Of a stretch of 64,000 nucleotides of DNA, positions 48,201-56,020 are shown piece after piece. Made by a program: the position numbers and the translations under genes. This DNA is from an uncultured Acidobacteriota bacterium (lineage in GTDB: Bacteria > Acidobacteriota > Thermoanaerobaculia > Thermoanaerobaculales > Sulfomarinibacteraceae): NCBI GenBank assembly GCA_963727925.1, contig CAVSIS010000051.1:8039-72038 (forward strand), in the 5' to 3' direction. The notes beneath the pieces are model-generated. The model did not search any database. It was not told the DNA's origin and was given only the letters and a program-made list of their open reading frames with translations. How positions within the stretch are numbered: the stretch's first letter is position 1; every line of letters starts with the position of its first letter.

Positions 48201-48572
48201 GTCGGGTGTGAAGCTGGTCGGGAAGTCGTCGGCGGAGTGGAACGTGAGACGGGTCGCCGTGCCGCCTTCCGCCGGCATGACGTAGACGTCGAAGTTCCCC
48301 GACCTGTCGGAGGCGAAGGCTATCTGCCTGCCGTCGGGGGACCAGACCGGCATGAAGTCGTGCGCCTCGTGCACCGTGAGCGGCGTCGCGACACCGCCCG
48401 ACGACGGGACTTTCCAGATGTCGCCGCGGTACTCGAATGCGATGACCTGTCCGTCCGGTGAGATCGCGGGGTAACGCAGCCAGAGCGCGGTTTCGCCGGC
48501 GTTCGCGAAGCTCGCAATGGTGAGCATAGCCGCCGCACTGATTCCGGTCACACACCTCTCGATGAGTCGCAT
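45297..48572 (-). CDS. Second tricorn-like protease (TolB-type propellers, PDZ, S41 peptidase), secreted
   Basis: Signal peptide, then LWLRYPAISPDGQVIAFEYRGDIWKVPSSGG. This is roughly 40% identical by eye to the 31168 gene over the N-terminus. Many SPDG repeats. AAGGAGAA RBS before ATG 48572. Confidence 0.8.
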   Translation of the reverse strand: MRLIERCVTGISAAAMLTIASFANAGETALWLRYPAISPDGQVIAFEYRGDIWKVPSSGGVATPLTVHEAHDFMPVWSPDGRQIAFASDRSGNFDVYVMPAEGGTATRLTFHSADDFPTSFTPDGTAVLFSSGRLDAVTNVQFPSRRAQPELYRVAVAGGMPTQVLTTPALYAVWNRAGSRLAYSDNKGLEMEWRKHDNSSFARDVWVFDATTGRHTRLTQSGADDRQPVWSPDERSLFYLSERSGSFNVWRLELDDPAHPVQLTHHTTHPVRFLSASRSGDLCYTWDGEIWVRPTGSDDSRRLTVEVATDRRHAGLEWTDVGHDLSEFSISPDGSQIAFIARGEVFVTATDFGTTRRITNTPEQERSVSFSPDGRSLVYASERGGSWNLYRSDLTDPAEPAFFNATAIAEKPVLVTPAETFQPHYSPDGKEIAYLQDRTTLKVLNLATGATRTVLPGDLNYSYSDGDQWYEWSPDGRWFLVQFLSPQRWSSEAGLVPSSGEGEVANLTKSGYEDSVPRWNADGTMMYWATDRNGMRRQSGWGSEDDIYAAFFTRDAWDRFRLTEAELAQRKETEDKTKKTEKKDDKDSDGKAAKEAPKLAKPVDIVLDGLEDRTARLTRASANLADFRITPDDETLLYVARFEKGFDLWSSTPRKDEVKLLAKLDAERIDGFTIDTEGKKAFLLADGRLTTVEISSGKVKPVSIDAKMELDRDAEKTYIFEHAWRQTKEKFLFENMNGVDWDLYKRAYARFLPHIEDNLDLAELISEMQGELNASHTGCYYRPKPESADETAALAFFPDLDFAGAGVKVAEVIDGSPLATAGSKIAPGVVIEAIEGEPIAAGQNWYRMLNHAAGKLIRLSLLDPRTNQRWHETVKPITPNEEAELVYQRWVRTRRAEVDRLSNGRLGYAHIRSMNDRSYREIFEDVFGRAVDKEGIVLDTRFNNGGNLVEALTVFLTGKVYARNVPRGRQIGVEPSLRWTKPSIVVMNEGNYSDAHCFPAAYTELGIGETVGMQVPGTCTSVWWERQQDRTLTFGIPEVGLVDNAGDFLENKHLDPDHEIDNDPALESNGEDQELETAVSVLLAKLDGAR

Positions 48573-48837
48573 GGATTCTCCTTCTTCCATAAGACGGCGG
48601 CGCCCCGCGTCGGAGCGAGCCCAACGATTGTACGCACAGCGTGGTCGGTGGTTCGACCAGCACGATGCGGAGCCGCGAAGACTCTCACTTCCCCGAGGCG
48701 GGGTGTCATCTTTCCCCAGGGGTGGCGGCTGTGATCATCATGCTGAGGCGGTGCGCGAGATCCGAACCAGAGGGCGTGTGGAGAGGGCGGCCACTCGAGG
48801 CCCGGCCGGGCCTTTGGGGTCGCAGTTGCGATCGGTG

Positions 48838-49260
48838 TCAGGCGGCCTGCTGGTTTGCGGTCTCGTGCAAGGCCATCTGCCGCGAGTGCTCCGTGCGGAC
48901 GAGGCGGACTGCGGTCTCTCGCGAGCAGCCGGACCGCTCGAGGCCGGCCACACGGTAGCGCCAGCGAGAAGGCCAGCACCGCAGCTCATTGTGAAGGGTC
49001 CGATGATCGCCTGTCGGCGAATCCGGTCGCGAAGGTGACTGGACAGTCGGTTTCTCCCAGACCTCGCGAACCGCCCTGTCGGCGATCCAGTCGTTGTCTC
49101 GCGGGGCAAGGCGATCGTCGCGGCACGCGCTGTCGAGCCGGCGGAGAAGGTCGCGGTGGGCGGCCTGTGCCTCGGTTGGCCAGGCGGTGCGGGAGCGGGG
49201 CAACAGGGTGCCGCGCGTCGTCCGCGAATCGGGAGCGTCATGTGTGTCGGCTGCAGCCAT
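48838..49260 (-). CDS. Hypothetical protein (orphan, no family recognised)
   Basis: ATG 49260 with AAGGAG 7 nt upstream; 140 aa. Charged and Arg-rich, with no TM or signal. Coding status rests on the RBS and ORF length only. Confidence 0.45.
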   Translation of the reverse strand: MAAADTHDAPDSRTTRGTLLPRSRTAWPTEAQAAHRDLLRRLDSACRDDRLAPRDNDWIADRAVREVWEKPTVQSPSRPDSPTGDHRTLHNELRCWPSRWRYRVAGLERSGCSRETAVRLVRTEHSRQMALHETANQQAA

Positions 49261-49388
49261 CTTCGTGCTCCTTTGCGCGAGGTCACCGGGTACCTCAAAC
49301 GGAATGTAGCGTACATGAGGCATAAAGTCAATGAGCCTTCCTCTCCCGATGAACCCTGACACGATCAGGTCACCACTGAAGACGTCGG

Positions 49389-49490
49389 ATGATCTTCCAC
49401 GATCGCAGCACCTTCCCGACCCATGGTCGAATCCGGATCTTCTTGGCGGAGAAGGGCATCGAGATCCATTGCCGAGAGGTGGACCTCAAG
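49389..49490 (+). pseudogene. Possible remnant of a glutathione S-transferase/SspA-type N-terminal domain
   Basis: MIFHDRSTFPTHGRIRIFLAEKGIEIHCREVDLK resembles the GST N-terminal thioredoxin-like start (S-x-x-x-RVRI-x-LAEKG-[IV]-x-x-E-x-x-VDL). The similarity is lost downstream, and the frame runs into the 3' end of the convergent BNR gene. Confidence 0.3.
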
Positions 49491-49560
49491 GTAGGCTTGA
49501 GAGGCCACGCTACCCTCCGGGCCGTGTTCGGCCCGGAAGGTGCGGGGGTCCGCGGCGCGG

Positions 49561-52500
49561 CTACTCTGGAGATTCGCCGCGCGTGGCGACGGGAGCCGTC
49601 GCCACGCCGCCCCTGGCGACGAAGGGCAGTCCCTGCTCCCGAGCGATCCGGTTGAACTGAGCAAGGTCGCCCGAGACGAGCTCGTCGAGCGTCGCCTGTT
49701 GCGTGGCGAGCTCGCTGGTGAGGTCGGCGGCGACCTCGAGCATGCCCTGGGTCGGCGGGCCGTCGTGTCCGTTGGCCGCATCGAGCAGCCCGTTGAACCG
49801 CGAGTAGAGGCGCACCCCTCCGTTGCGGCCGGCGAGGATGTCGTACTCGACCTCGGCGTGCGGGTTGTGAATCGTGTCCTCGATTGCGTCGAGCCTCGCA
49901 ACGAGTCCCTTGTCGAGGGTGATCAGATCTGCCTGCCCAGGCGTTCCCGCCAGCCGGGCGTCGAGCGCGGTCAGCTGGCTGCGGAGATCTCGGATGGTCC
50001 CGGCCATGTCGGCGATCGTGGTCATCCGCTCGACGATCGTGAGCGCGAATCGAACCTCCGCCTTGACGTCCTCCGCAGGCACTTTGGTCCTGGGGTCGGG
50101 TACGACGCTGAGGTTGCGTACGGCGGTGTGCCCGTCGACAGTGAGCCGCAGGGTGTAGTCGCCAGGAGGAACCGTCGGGCCGTTCGGAGGCGCGCTGCCC
50201 TCCATTCGCGTCCCGACCACCCACCGCGGTCCCTGGTAGGCGAGGTCCCACGAGACCCGGTTCAGACCGGGCTCTGTCGACAAAGCGGGTTTCGGTTCGA
50301 TGCTGTCGGGGTCCCAGTTGGGGTGGTCGGGCGTGACGAACGCTGGCTCGAGGATGCTCGACAGGCGACGCACCAGCGTGCCCGCCGCGTCGAGGACATC
50401 GAGCGTGATCTCACCTTCGGGTTTGGCTGCCAGAGAGTAGGTGATGAGGGCGCCACGGGGGGGGTTGTCGCCGGCTCCGGCAGTCAGGTCGCTGGGCGCA
50501 TTTGCGATGCGCCATCGCACCGCGGGAGTCGGCGCGAACAGGTGGACCGGCTCGGCGGCGGTCGCCGCGGATTCCTCTCGAACCGGAGTCAGGTCGTCGA
50601 GGATCCACGCCGAGCGTCCGAGCGTGCCGACCACGAGGTCGTCGCCCGCGATCGCGAGATCGACCACCGCGACCGTCGGCATGTTGAGCCGCAGCGACTG
50701 CCAGGTACCGCCGTCGTCACGCGAGACCATGACGCCGCGCTCGGTTCCGAGGTAGAGCATGCCCTTGCGGCGGGCATCTTCGCGGACCACGTGGAGCGGA
50801 GTTTGGGGGTCCAGGCCCGCGGTTCGCGGACTCCAGCTGCGGCCGAAGTCGGTCGTCTTCCACAGGAAGGGGCGGTCGTCGTCGAGCCGATGAGCGTTGA
50901 CAACCACGTAGGCGGTTCCTGCGTCCCACCGCGAGGCTTCGATACAGGTTACTGTGCCCCACTCGGGGAGCGCGGGCGGGGTCACGTCGGTCCACCCGGC
51001 ACCGCCATCGCGCGTGACGTGGACGAGACCGTCGTCGCTGCCAGCCCAGATCACGCCCGCCTGAACCGCGGACTCGGCGACGGCGAAGATGGTGTCGTAG
51101 GTCTCGACGCCGGTGATGTCCCCGGTAATGGGGCCGCCGGACCAGTCCTGCTTGCTGTGGTCGTTACGGGTGAGGTCCGGGCTGATGGCCGTCCAGTGCT
51201 GACCGTCGTCCTGGGTACGGAAGAGTACGTTGGCCGCGTGGTAGACGACCCTGTGATCGTGGGGTGAAACCACAATCGGCGCCGTCCACTGGAAGCGGTA
51301 CTTCAGGGCCGCCGCTGGCCGCCCTGACGGGTTGTCGGGCAGGATGCCGACCGAGGTCGCGGTCTTTGAACGACCGTCCCAACGGGAGAGGTAGCCGCCG
51401 TACTCACCGGCCCAGACGATGGCGGGGTCGGCGGGGTCGGCGACCACCCACCCTGCCTCACCGCCGCCCACGGGGTACCAGTCGGAACGGAAGACGCCGC
51501 CGCCGTGGAGGCTGTTGCTGGGGCCGGAGACGGTGCCCCAGTCCTGGAGACTGCCGAGCACTCGGTACGGCGTGCCGCTGTCGACGGATACGTGGTAGAA
51601 CTGCGAGATCGGCACCGGAGGCCGGGTCCACGTGAGACCACCGTCGCGCGATACCGAGATGCCGGCGTCGCTGCCGACGATCATGCGTCGGGGGTTGGAC
51701 GGGTCGATCCACACGTCGTGGTAGTCCCAGCCGCCGCCCTTGACCGAGCGTATGGTGGCGCCGGCGTCGATCGACTTGAGCATCGACACCTGTGGGAACC
51801 ATACCGTGTCCGCGTCGGTCGGGTCGATGGTCAGACTCGAGTAGTACCAGGCCCTTTGACGGAGGCCGCGGGAGGCATTGACGCGGGCAAACGTGGTTCC
51901 ACCGTCGTCGGAGCGGAACAGGCCGCCCTCCTTCGCCTCGATCAGAGCGTACACACGGGCCGGGTCGCTAGGCGCGACGCGGACGCCGACCTTGCCCCAG
52001 ATTCCGTCGGGTAGGCCCTCGCCCTGAATGTGTTTCCAGGTGGTGCCACCGTCGCGGGAGAGGTAGAGGCCGCTGCCCGGTCCGCCCGAGGTCAGCGACC
52101 ACGGAGTGCGCCGCGCCTGCCACATCCCGGCGAAGACGATCCGCGGGTTCGCCGGATCGAGTGAGACGTCAGAGGCGCCGGTGTCGTTGTCGACGAAGAG
52201 GACCTTGGTCCACGACACACCGCCGTCGGTGGTGCGGTAGATGCCGCGGTCGGGACTGGGGCCGAACGGGCTGCCGAGAACCGCCGCGAAAGCCACGTCC
52301 GCATCACGCGGGTCGATGGCGAGCGCACCGATCTGCCCCTCGCCCGTCCACACGTGCCGCCAGGTCTCACCGCCATCGGTGGAGCGGTAGATGCCGTTGC
52401 CCTTGGCGACGTTGCCGCGGATGTTGCCCTCACCGGAGCCGACCCAGACCACGTTGGGGTCCGACGGGGCGACGGCAACCGAACCGATCGAGGAAACGGG

Positions 52501-52767
52501 TTCGTCGTCGAACACCGGCTTCCACTCGAGCCCGCCGTCGAGCGACCTCCACACGCCGCCCGCGGCCGTGGCGGCGAAGTAGGTGAGCGGGTCCCCGCTG
52601 ACCCCGGCGACGCGGGCAACACGGCCGCCGGACGCGGGACCGATGAGGCGGTAGTGGGGGCCGACGGGCTCTTCTTTGGGTTCTGCAGCCCACACCGCTC
52701 CGGCAGCGAGCAGGGCCGTGGCGAGCAGGACGAGCAACGGTGCCGGCGACCGGCCTGTTCGGGTCAT
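49561..52767 (-). CDS. Secreted BNR/Asp-box repeat protein (sortilin/VPS10- or GH74-like double propeller)
   Basis: Signal peptide MTRTGRSPAPLLVLLATALLAAGAVWA. At least 10 Asp-box motifs (SLDGGLEW, STDGGETW, TTDGGVSW, SRDGGTTW, SDDGGTTF, SRDGGLTW, TRDGGAGW, SRDDGGTW...). Start at ATG 52767 or 52770, after GGAGGAG. The 1482-aa track ORF is an artefactual extension. Confidence 0.85.
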   Translation of the reverse strand: MTRTGRSPAPLLVLLATALLAAGAVWAAEPKEEPVGPHYRLIGPASGGRVARVAGVSGDPLTYFAATAAGGVWRSLDGGLEWKPVFDDEPVSSIGSVAVAPSDPNVVWVGSGEGNIRGNVAKGNGIYRSTDGGETWRHVWTGEGQIGALAIDPRDADVAFAAVLGSPFGPSPDRGIYRTTDGGVSWTKVLFVDNDTGASDVSLDPANPRIVFAGMWQARRTPWSLTSGGPGSGLYLSRDGGTTWKHIQGEGLPDGIWGKVGVRVAPSDPARVYALIEAKEGGLFRSDDGGTTFARVNASRGLRQRAWYYSSLTIDPTDADTVWFPQVSMLKSIDAGATIRSVKGGGWDYHDVWIDPSNPRRMIVGSDAGISVSRDGGLTWTRPPVPISQFYHVSVDSGTPYRVLGSLQDWGTVSGPSNSLHGGGVFRSDWYPVGGGEAGWVVADPADPAIVWAGEYGGYLSRWDGRSKTATSVGILPDNPSGRPAAALKYRFQWTAPIVVSPHDHRVVYHAANVLFRTQDDGQHWTAISPDLTRNDHSKQDWSGGPITGDITGVETYDTIFAVAESAVQAGVIWAGSDDGLVHVTRDGGAGWTDVTPPALPEWGTVTCIEASRWDAGTAYVVVNAHRLDDDRPFLWKTTDFGRSWSPRTAGLDPQTPLHVVREDARRKGMLYLGTERGVMVSRDDGGTWQSLRLNMPTVAVVDLAIAGDDLVVGTLGRSAWILDDLTPVREESAATAAEPVHLFAPTPAVRWRIANAPSDLTAGAGDNPPRGALITYSLAAKPEGEITLDVLDAAGTLVRRLSSILEPAFVTPDHPNWDPDSIEPKPALSTEPGLNRVSWDLAYQGPRWVVGTRMEGSAPPNGPTVPPGDYTLRLTVDGHTAVRNLSVVPDPRTKVPAEDVKAEVRFALTIVERMTTIADMAGTIRDLRSQLTALDARLAGTPGQADLITLDKGLVARLDAIEDTIHNPHAEVEYDILAGRNGGVRLYSRFNGLLDAANGHDGPPTQGMLEVAADLTSELATQQATLDELVSGDLAQFNRIAREQGLPFVARGGVATAPVATRGESPE

Positions 52768-52889
52768 CATCTCCTCCGTGATTATTGGTCCCGTGCGCGG
52801 GAGTGCTGAACGGGTACCACAAATCCACAGCAGATCGATTGTCGCGCGGATCGCTTTCGCCACCAAGTGACGACCGCGCCGGCGGTGCC

Positions 52890-54041
52890 TCATGACCGTC
52901 GGCCTCGGACCCAGAGCGACGCAGCGGAACCGGCGAGCGCGACGCCTGCGAGCGCCGCCCAGGGGACGGACCAGGACGCGGTCGCGTCGCGGAGTCCGCC
53001 GGCGATGGACGGACCGACCAACGTGCCAAGGTTGGACAGCGCGGTGATCAAGCCGAACGCGAAACCGACCCTCTCGGCCGGGACCAGCCTTTCGGGCAGT
53101 GCGTAGGTTGCGGTCGGGACCACCGCCGCGCAGCAGCCGACGAGGATCATCGCCGCCAACGCCGGCAAGGCTGCGAGGGACATCCCGATGAGAACCACGG
53201 CGAGCCCGGTCATCCCGACCGTGAGCCAGCGCTCGGGGAATCCGACCCGGTCGATCAGGGCGCCCACCCCGGGGCTTGCGACCAGCGACACCCACATCAC
53301 CACGGACACCGTGAGCAGCCCCCGAGCGCCGATCCCTGCCCACTCCGGTGCGAAGGTCAGCACCGAGGCGAAGGTGGCGAAGAAGAGCAGCCAGGAAACG
53401 CCGAGAGCGAGAAGCGGACGCGAGACGCGAACTGATGTCGGTCGAGTGGATGCGTGCTGACCGTGCAGCGCCCCCGGCACAGCGACGTTGTGGAGCGGGA
53501 TCGCGAGGATCGCGACGAGGGCGAGCGCGGCGAGCTCGCCGCGCCAGCCCAGCGCTGCTTCGAGGCGAGGGTGGAGCGAGTACATCACGATCATCGCGGC
53601 GGGATAGACCGCCATGAAAATGCCCATCGCCAGCGCGAGCTGACGGCCCGCAAAGGCGGCCGAGATCAGCCGTGCCAGTAGCAGGTTGACGACCAGGCCG
53701 CCGACACCGAAGAGCAGGCGGCCGAGCAACAGAACGCCGTAGCTCGGAGCGAGCGCGAAGAGCACGGCACCGACGACCATGATCCCGAGGCCGATATTGC
53801 CGGCGGCACGCGCCGGCCAGTGGTCGATGGCTGTACCGAGAGGGATCGAGAGGAAGATCGCCGGAACGGCGATTGCGCCCATCAGGAGACCGATCTGGAG
53901 GTGGCTGAGCGCGAACTGTGCGGTGAGTCCGGGCACCAGGGGCGGAACCGCGAAGAAGGACACGCCGACCGCGAAGAAGCTCACGACGGCCGAAGCGAGC
54001 ACCGGCCAACGTCGGTCGCGCAGCTCGTCGAGGCGGGTCAC
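52890..54041 (-). CDS. MFS transporter
   Basis: 383 aa with about 12 hydrophobic segments and a typical MFS loop pattern. GTG start. Confidence 0.75.
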   Translation of the reverse strand: MTRLDELRDRRWPVLASAVVSFFAVGVSFFAVPPLVPGLTAQFALSHLQIGLLMGAIAVPAIFLSIPLGTAIDHWPARAAGNIGLGIMVVGAVLFALAPSYGVLLLGRLLFGVGGLVVNLLLARLISAAFAGRQLALAMGIFMAVYPAAMIVMYSLHPRLEAALGWRGELAALALVAILAIPLHNVAVPGALHGQHASTRPTSVRVSRPLLALGVSWLLFFATFASVLTFAPEWAGIGARGLLTVSVVMWVSLVASPGVGALIDRVGFPERWLTVGMTGLAVVLIGMSLAALPALAAMILVGCCAAVVPTATYALPERLVPAERVGFAFGLITALSNLGTLVGPSIAGGLRDATASWSVPWAALAGVALAGSAASLWVRGRRS

Positions 54042-54173
54042 TCGGGCATGATACGCCGAGCCCAGATGGGCATGCGTTCCATCGCCGCGAGGCTCGCCGG
54101 AGCAGCGACGGGAAACGCCAGGAGGGCTATTGCGGCGATCTCGAGCGGTAAGGCCCGTGTGCCGATCGCCGGC

Positions 54174-55940
54174 CTACAACCCCTGCGCGTCCGCGTTGCG
54201 GCGCGGGTCTCCGACCCCCGTCATGTGTCCGGTCGTGGGATCGCGGAGGATGGCGTTGACGCCTCCGAAGCGAAACAGGTCGAGGTACGGGGCGGGGAAG
54301 CGCGCAACCGCACCAGGCGTGTAACCCATGGCCTCGAGCTCGGTCACCTGGGACTCGGTAACCGGAGGCAGGACCTCGATCAGCAAGCCGCGGGCCTTGG
54401 TGCCCTTACTCCACAGCACGCGTGGCGCCTGCACCGCCGCTCCCAACGGCATGGCGCGGTCGACGACGTTGCTGATCACGGTGACGACGGCGCCTGGAAT
54501 CCTCGAGCTGCCCGCGCTCCCGAGCACCAGCATCAGGGCTCCGTCCTTCACGACGATGGTGGGCGCCGCGTCGCACGGGATGATCGCCCGCGGACGCAGG
54601 GCCTGCGGGTGGTTGGGGTCGATCGCCGAGAGGAACGTGTTGTAGAGGAAGCCGAGGCCTTCGGCGAGGACCTTGTTGCCGTAGAACCGCCCCAGGCTCT
54701 GGGTCAGGGCGACCGCGTTCCCGTCGTGGTCGATCACCGACACCTGGACCGTCTGGCTTTCCAGCTCCGGGGCCTCCGGACGGGAGCTCGCGTAGGCGCT
54801 CTCGGGCACGGGCCGACCGGGGACGATGAGGTCGGCGCGGGTCTTCGCGTAGGCCTTGCCCTGGTACGTGACGTTCTGAAAGCGCTGCGGCAGGTTGGGG
54901 TCGCCGCTGAGACGGCGGTGGTCCTCGAGCGCCAGGTGGAGTGCTTCGGCCATGACCTGGAGGCGTTCGACGTCGTCGCGCTGCAGCGTCTCGACAGGGA
55001 AGCTCTCGAGGATGTTGAGCCCCTCGAGCACCGCGCCCCCGCTAGCGGGAAGCGGGAAGCTGAGCACGTCCAGCCCGCGGTAGCTGTCGTGCAGCGGCTC
55101 GAGCACCCGTACCCGCATGAGACCGAGGTCGTCGCGGCGGACAAAGCCCCCGTGCCGGATCATGTCGGCCTCGATCTCCGCCGCGATCGTCCCCCGGTAG
55201 AACTCGGCAGCGCCGCCGTCAGCGATGGCCCGCAGGGTGTGCGTGAGGCCGGGCCAGCGGAGGACGCTCCCCGGTCGGATCGGTTGGGAGTCCGGACCGA
55301 GGAGTACCCGGCAGAGGGGATCGCTCAGCCGGATGTCGTCGAGGTACTTGGCCACTGTGGAGGTCTGGAACGGGGTCACCACGAGGCCGGCCTCTGCGAG
55401 AGGGATCGAAGGTTCCACCAGCTCGCGCAGCGGGCGTGTCCCGTAATGTGCCCGGGCGTACTCGAGGGCCGCGAGGGAGCCGGGTGTGCACGCCAGCTCG
55501 GGGCCGAAGTTCCGCTTTTCCGCGGCCACCTTCTGGAGCACGGCGCGCGAGGCGTGGATCGGCACCGGAGCGGAGCCGTCGATGGCAATTGACTCCCCGT
55601 TGGCCTTCCGGTACAGGATGAAGGTGGCTCCTCCGAGACCGGAGTCGCCCGCGTCCACAGCGCCGAGGGCGATCGCGACGGCGACTGCAGCATCCACGGC
55701 ATTGCCGCCGTTGGCAAGCACCTGGAGGCCGATACGATTGGCCTCGGGCGCACTGCTCGCGACCATCCCGAGGTCCGAGCTCGCGACCTTTGCATTGAGC
55801 CGCTCGGCGAGCTCAGGTCCTGTCTCGGCGTGCCGAGCGAAAGTGCAGGCGAGACCCGCGAGCAGCGCAGCGCCGGCCAGGGCCGCAAGGAGAGGGAGCT
55901 CGGTCTTCCGCGGCTTCACCTCGAACGGGCATCGGCGCAT
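54174..55940 (-). CDS. ggt: Gamma-glutamyltranspeptidase
   Basis: 588 aa with an N-terminal signal/anchor. GGNAVDAAVAV, a processing-site Thr in DAAPTIVVKDG, and C-terminal GGVNAI. Confidence 0.9.
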   Translation of the reverse strand: MRRCPFEVKPRKTELPLLAALAGAALLAGLACTFARHAETGPELAERLNAKVASSDLGMVASSAPEANRIGLQVLANGGNAVDAAVAVAIALGAVDAGDSGLGGATFILYRKANGESIAIDGSAPVPIHASRAVLQKVAAEKRNFGPELACTPGSLAALEYARAHYGTRPLRELVEPSIPLAEAGLVVTPFQTSTVAKYLDDIRLSDPLCRVLLGPDSQPIRPGSVLRWPGLTHTLRAIADGGAAEFYRGTIAAEIEADMIRHGGFVRRDDLGLMRVRVLEPLHDSYRGLDVLSFPLPASGGAVLEGLNILESFPVETLQRDDVERLQVMAEALHLALEDHRRLSGDPNLPQRFQNVTYQGKAYAKTRADLIVPGRPVPESAYASSRPEAPELESQTVQVSVIDHDGNAVALTQSLGRFYGNKVLAEGLGFLYNTFLSAIDPNHPQALRPRAIIPCDAAPTIVVKDGALMLVLGSAGSSRIPGAVVTVISNVVDRAMPLGAAVQAPRVLWSKGTKARGLLIEVLPPVTESQVTELEAMGYTPGAVARFPAPYLDLFRFGGVNAILRDPTTGHMTGVGDPRRNADAQGL

Positions 55941-56020
55941 AGCGAGGCCTCCAGGTCAGCAGAGTATAGAGCGGGGGAGGAGAGGGGGACCACCTCGGAT
56001 GGGAGGGCAAACCTCCGGCC

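Noticed and set aside
50495-50513. Palindrome GGCGCAT-TTGCG-ATGCGCC resembling the REP-like family
   Set aside because: It lies inside the BNR coding region, has a different loop length and a shifted arm sequence. It is probably coincidental.
49561-54009. 1482-aa ORF spanning the BNR gene and the MFS gene region
   Set aside because: Only the part from MMTRTGRSPAPLLVLL (52767/52770, GGAGGAG RBS, signal peptide) looks like protein. The upstream ~410 aa are Arg-rich read-through in a different frame from the well-supported MFS gene (52890-54041).
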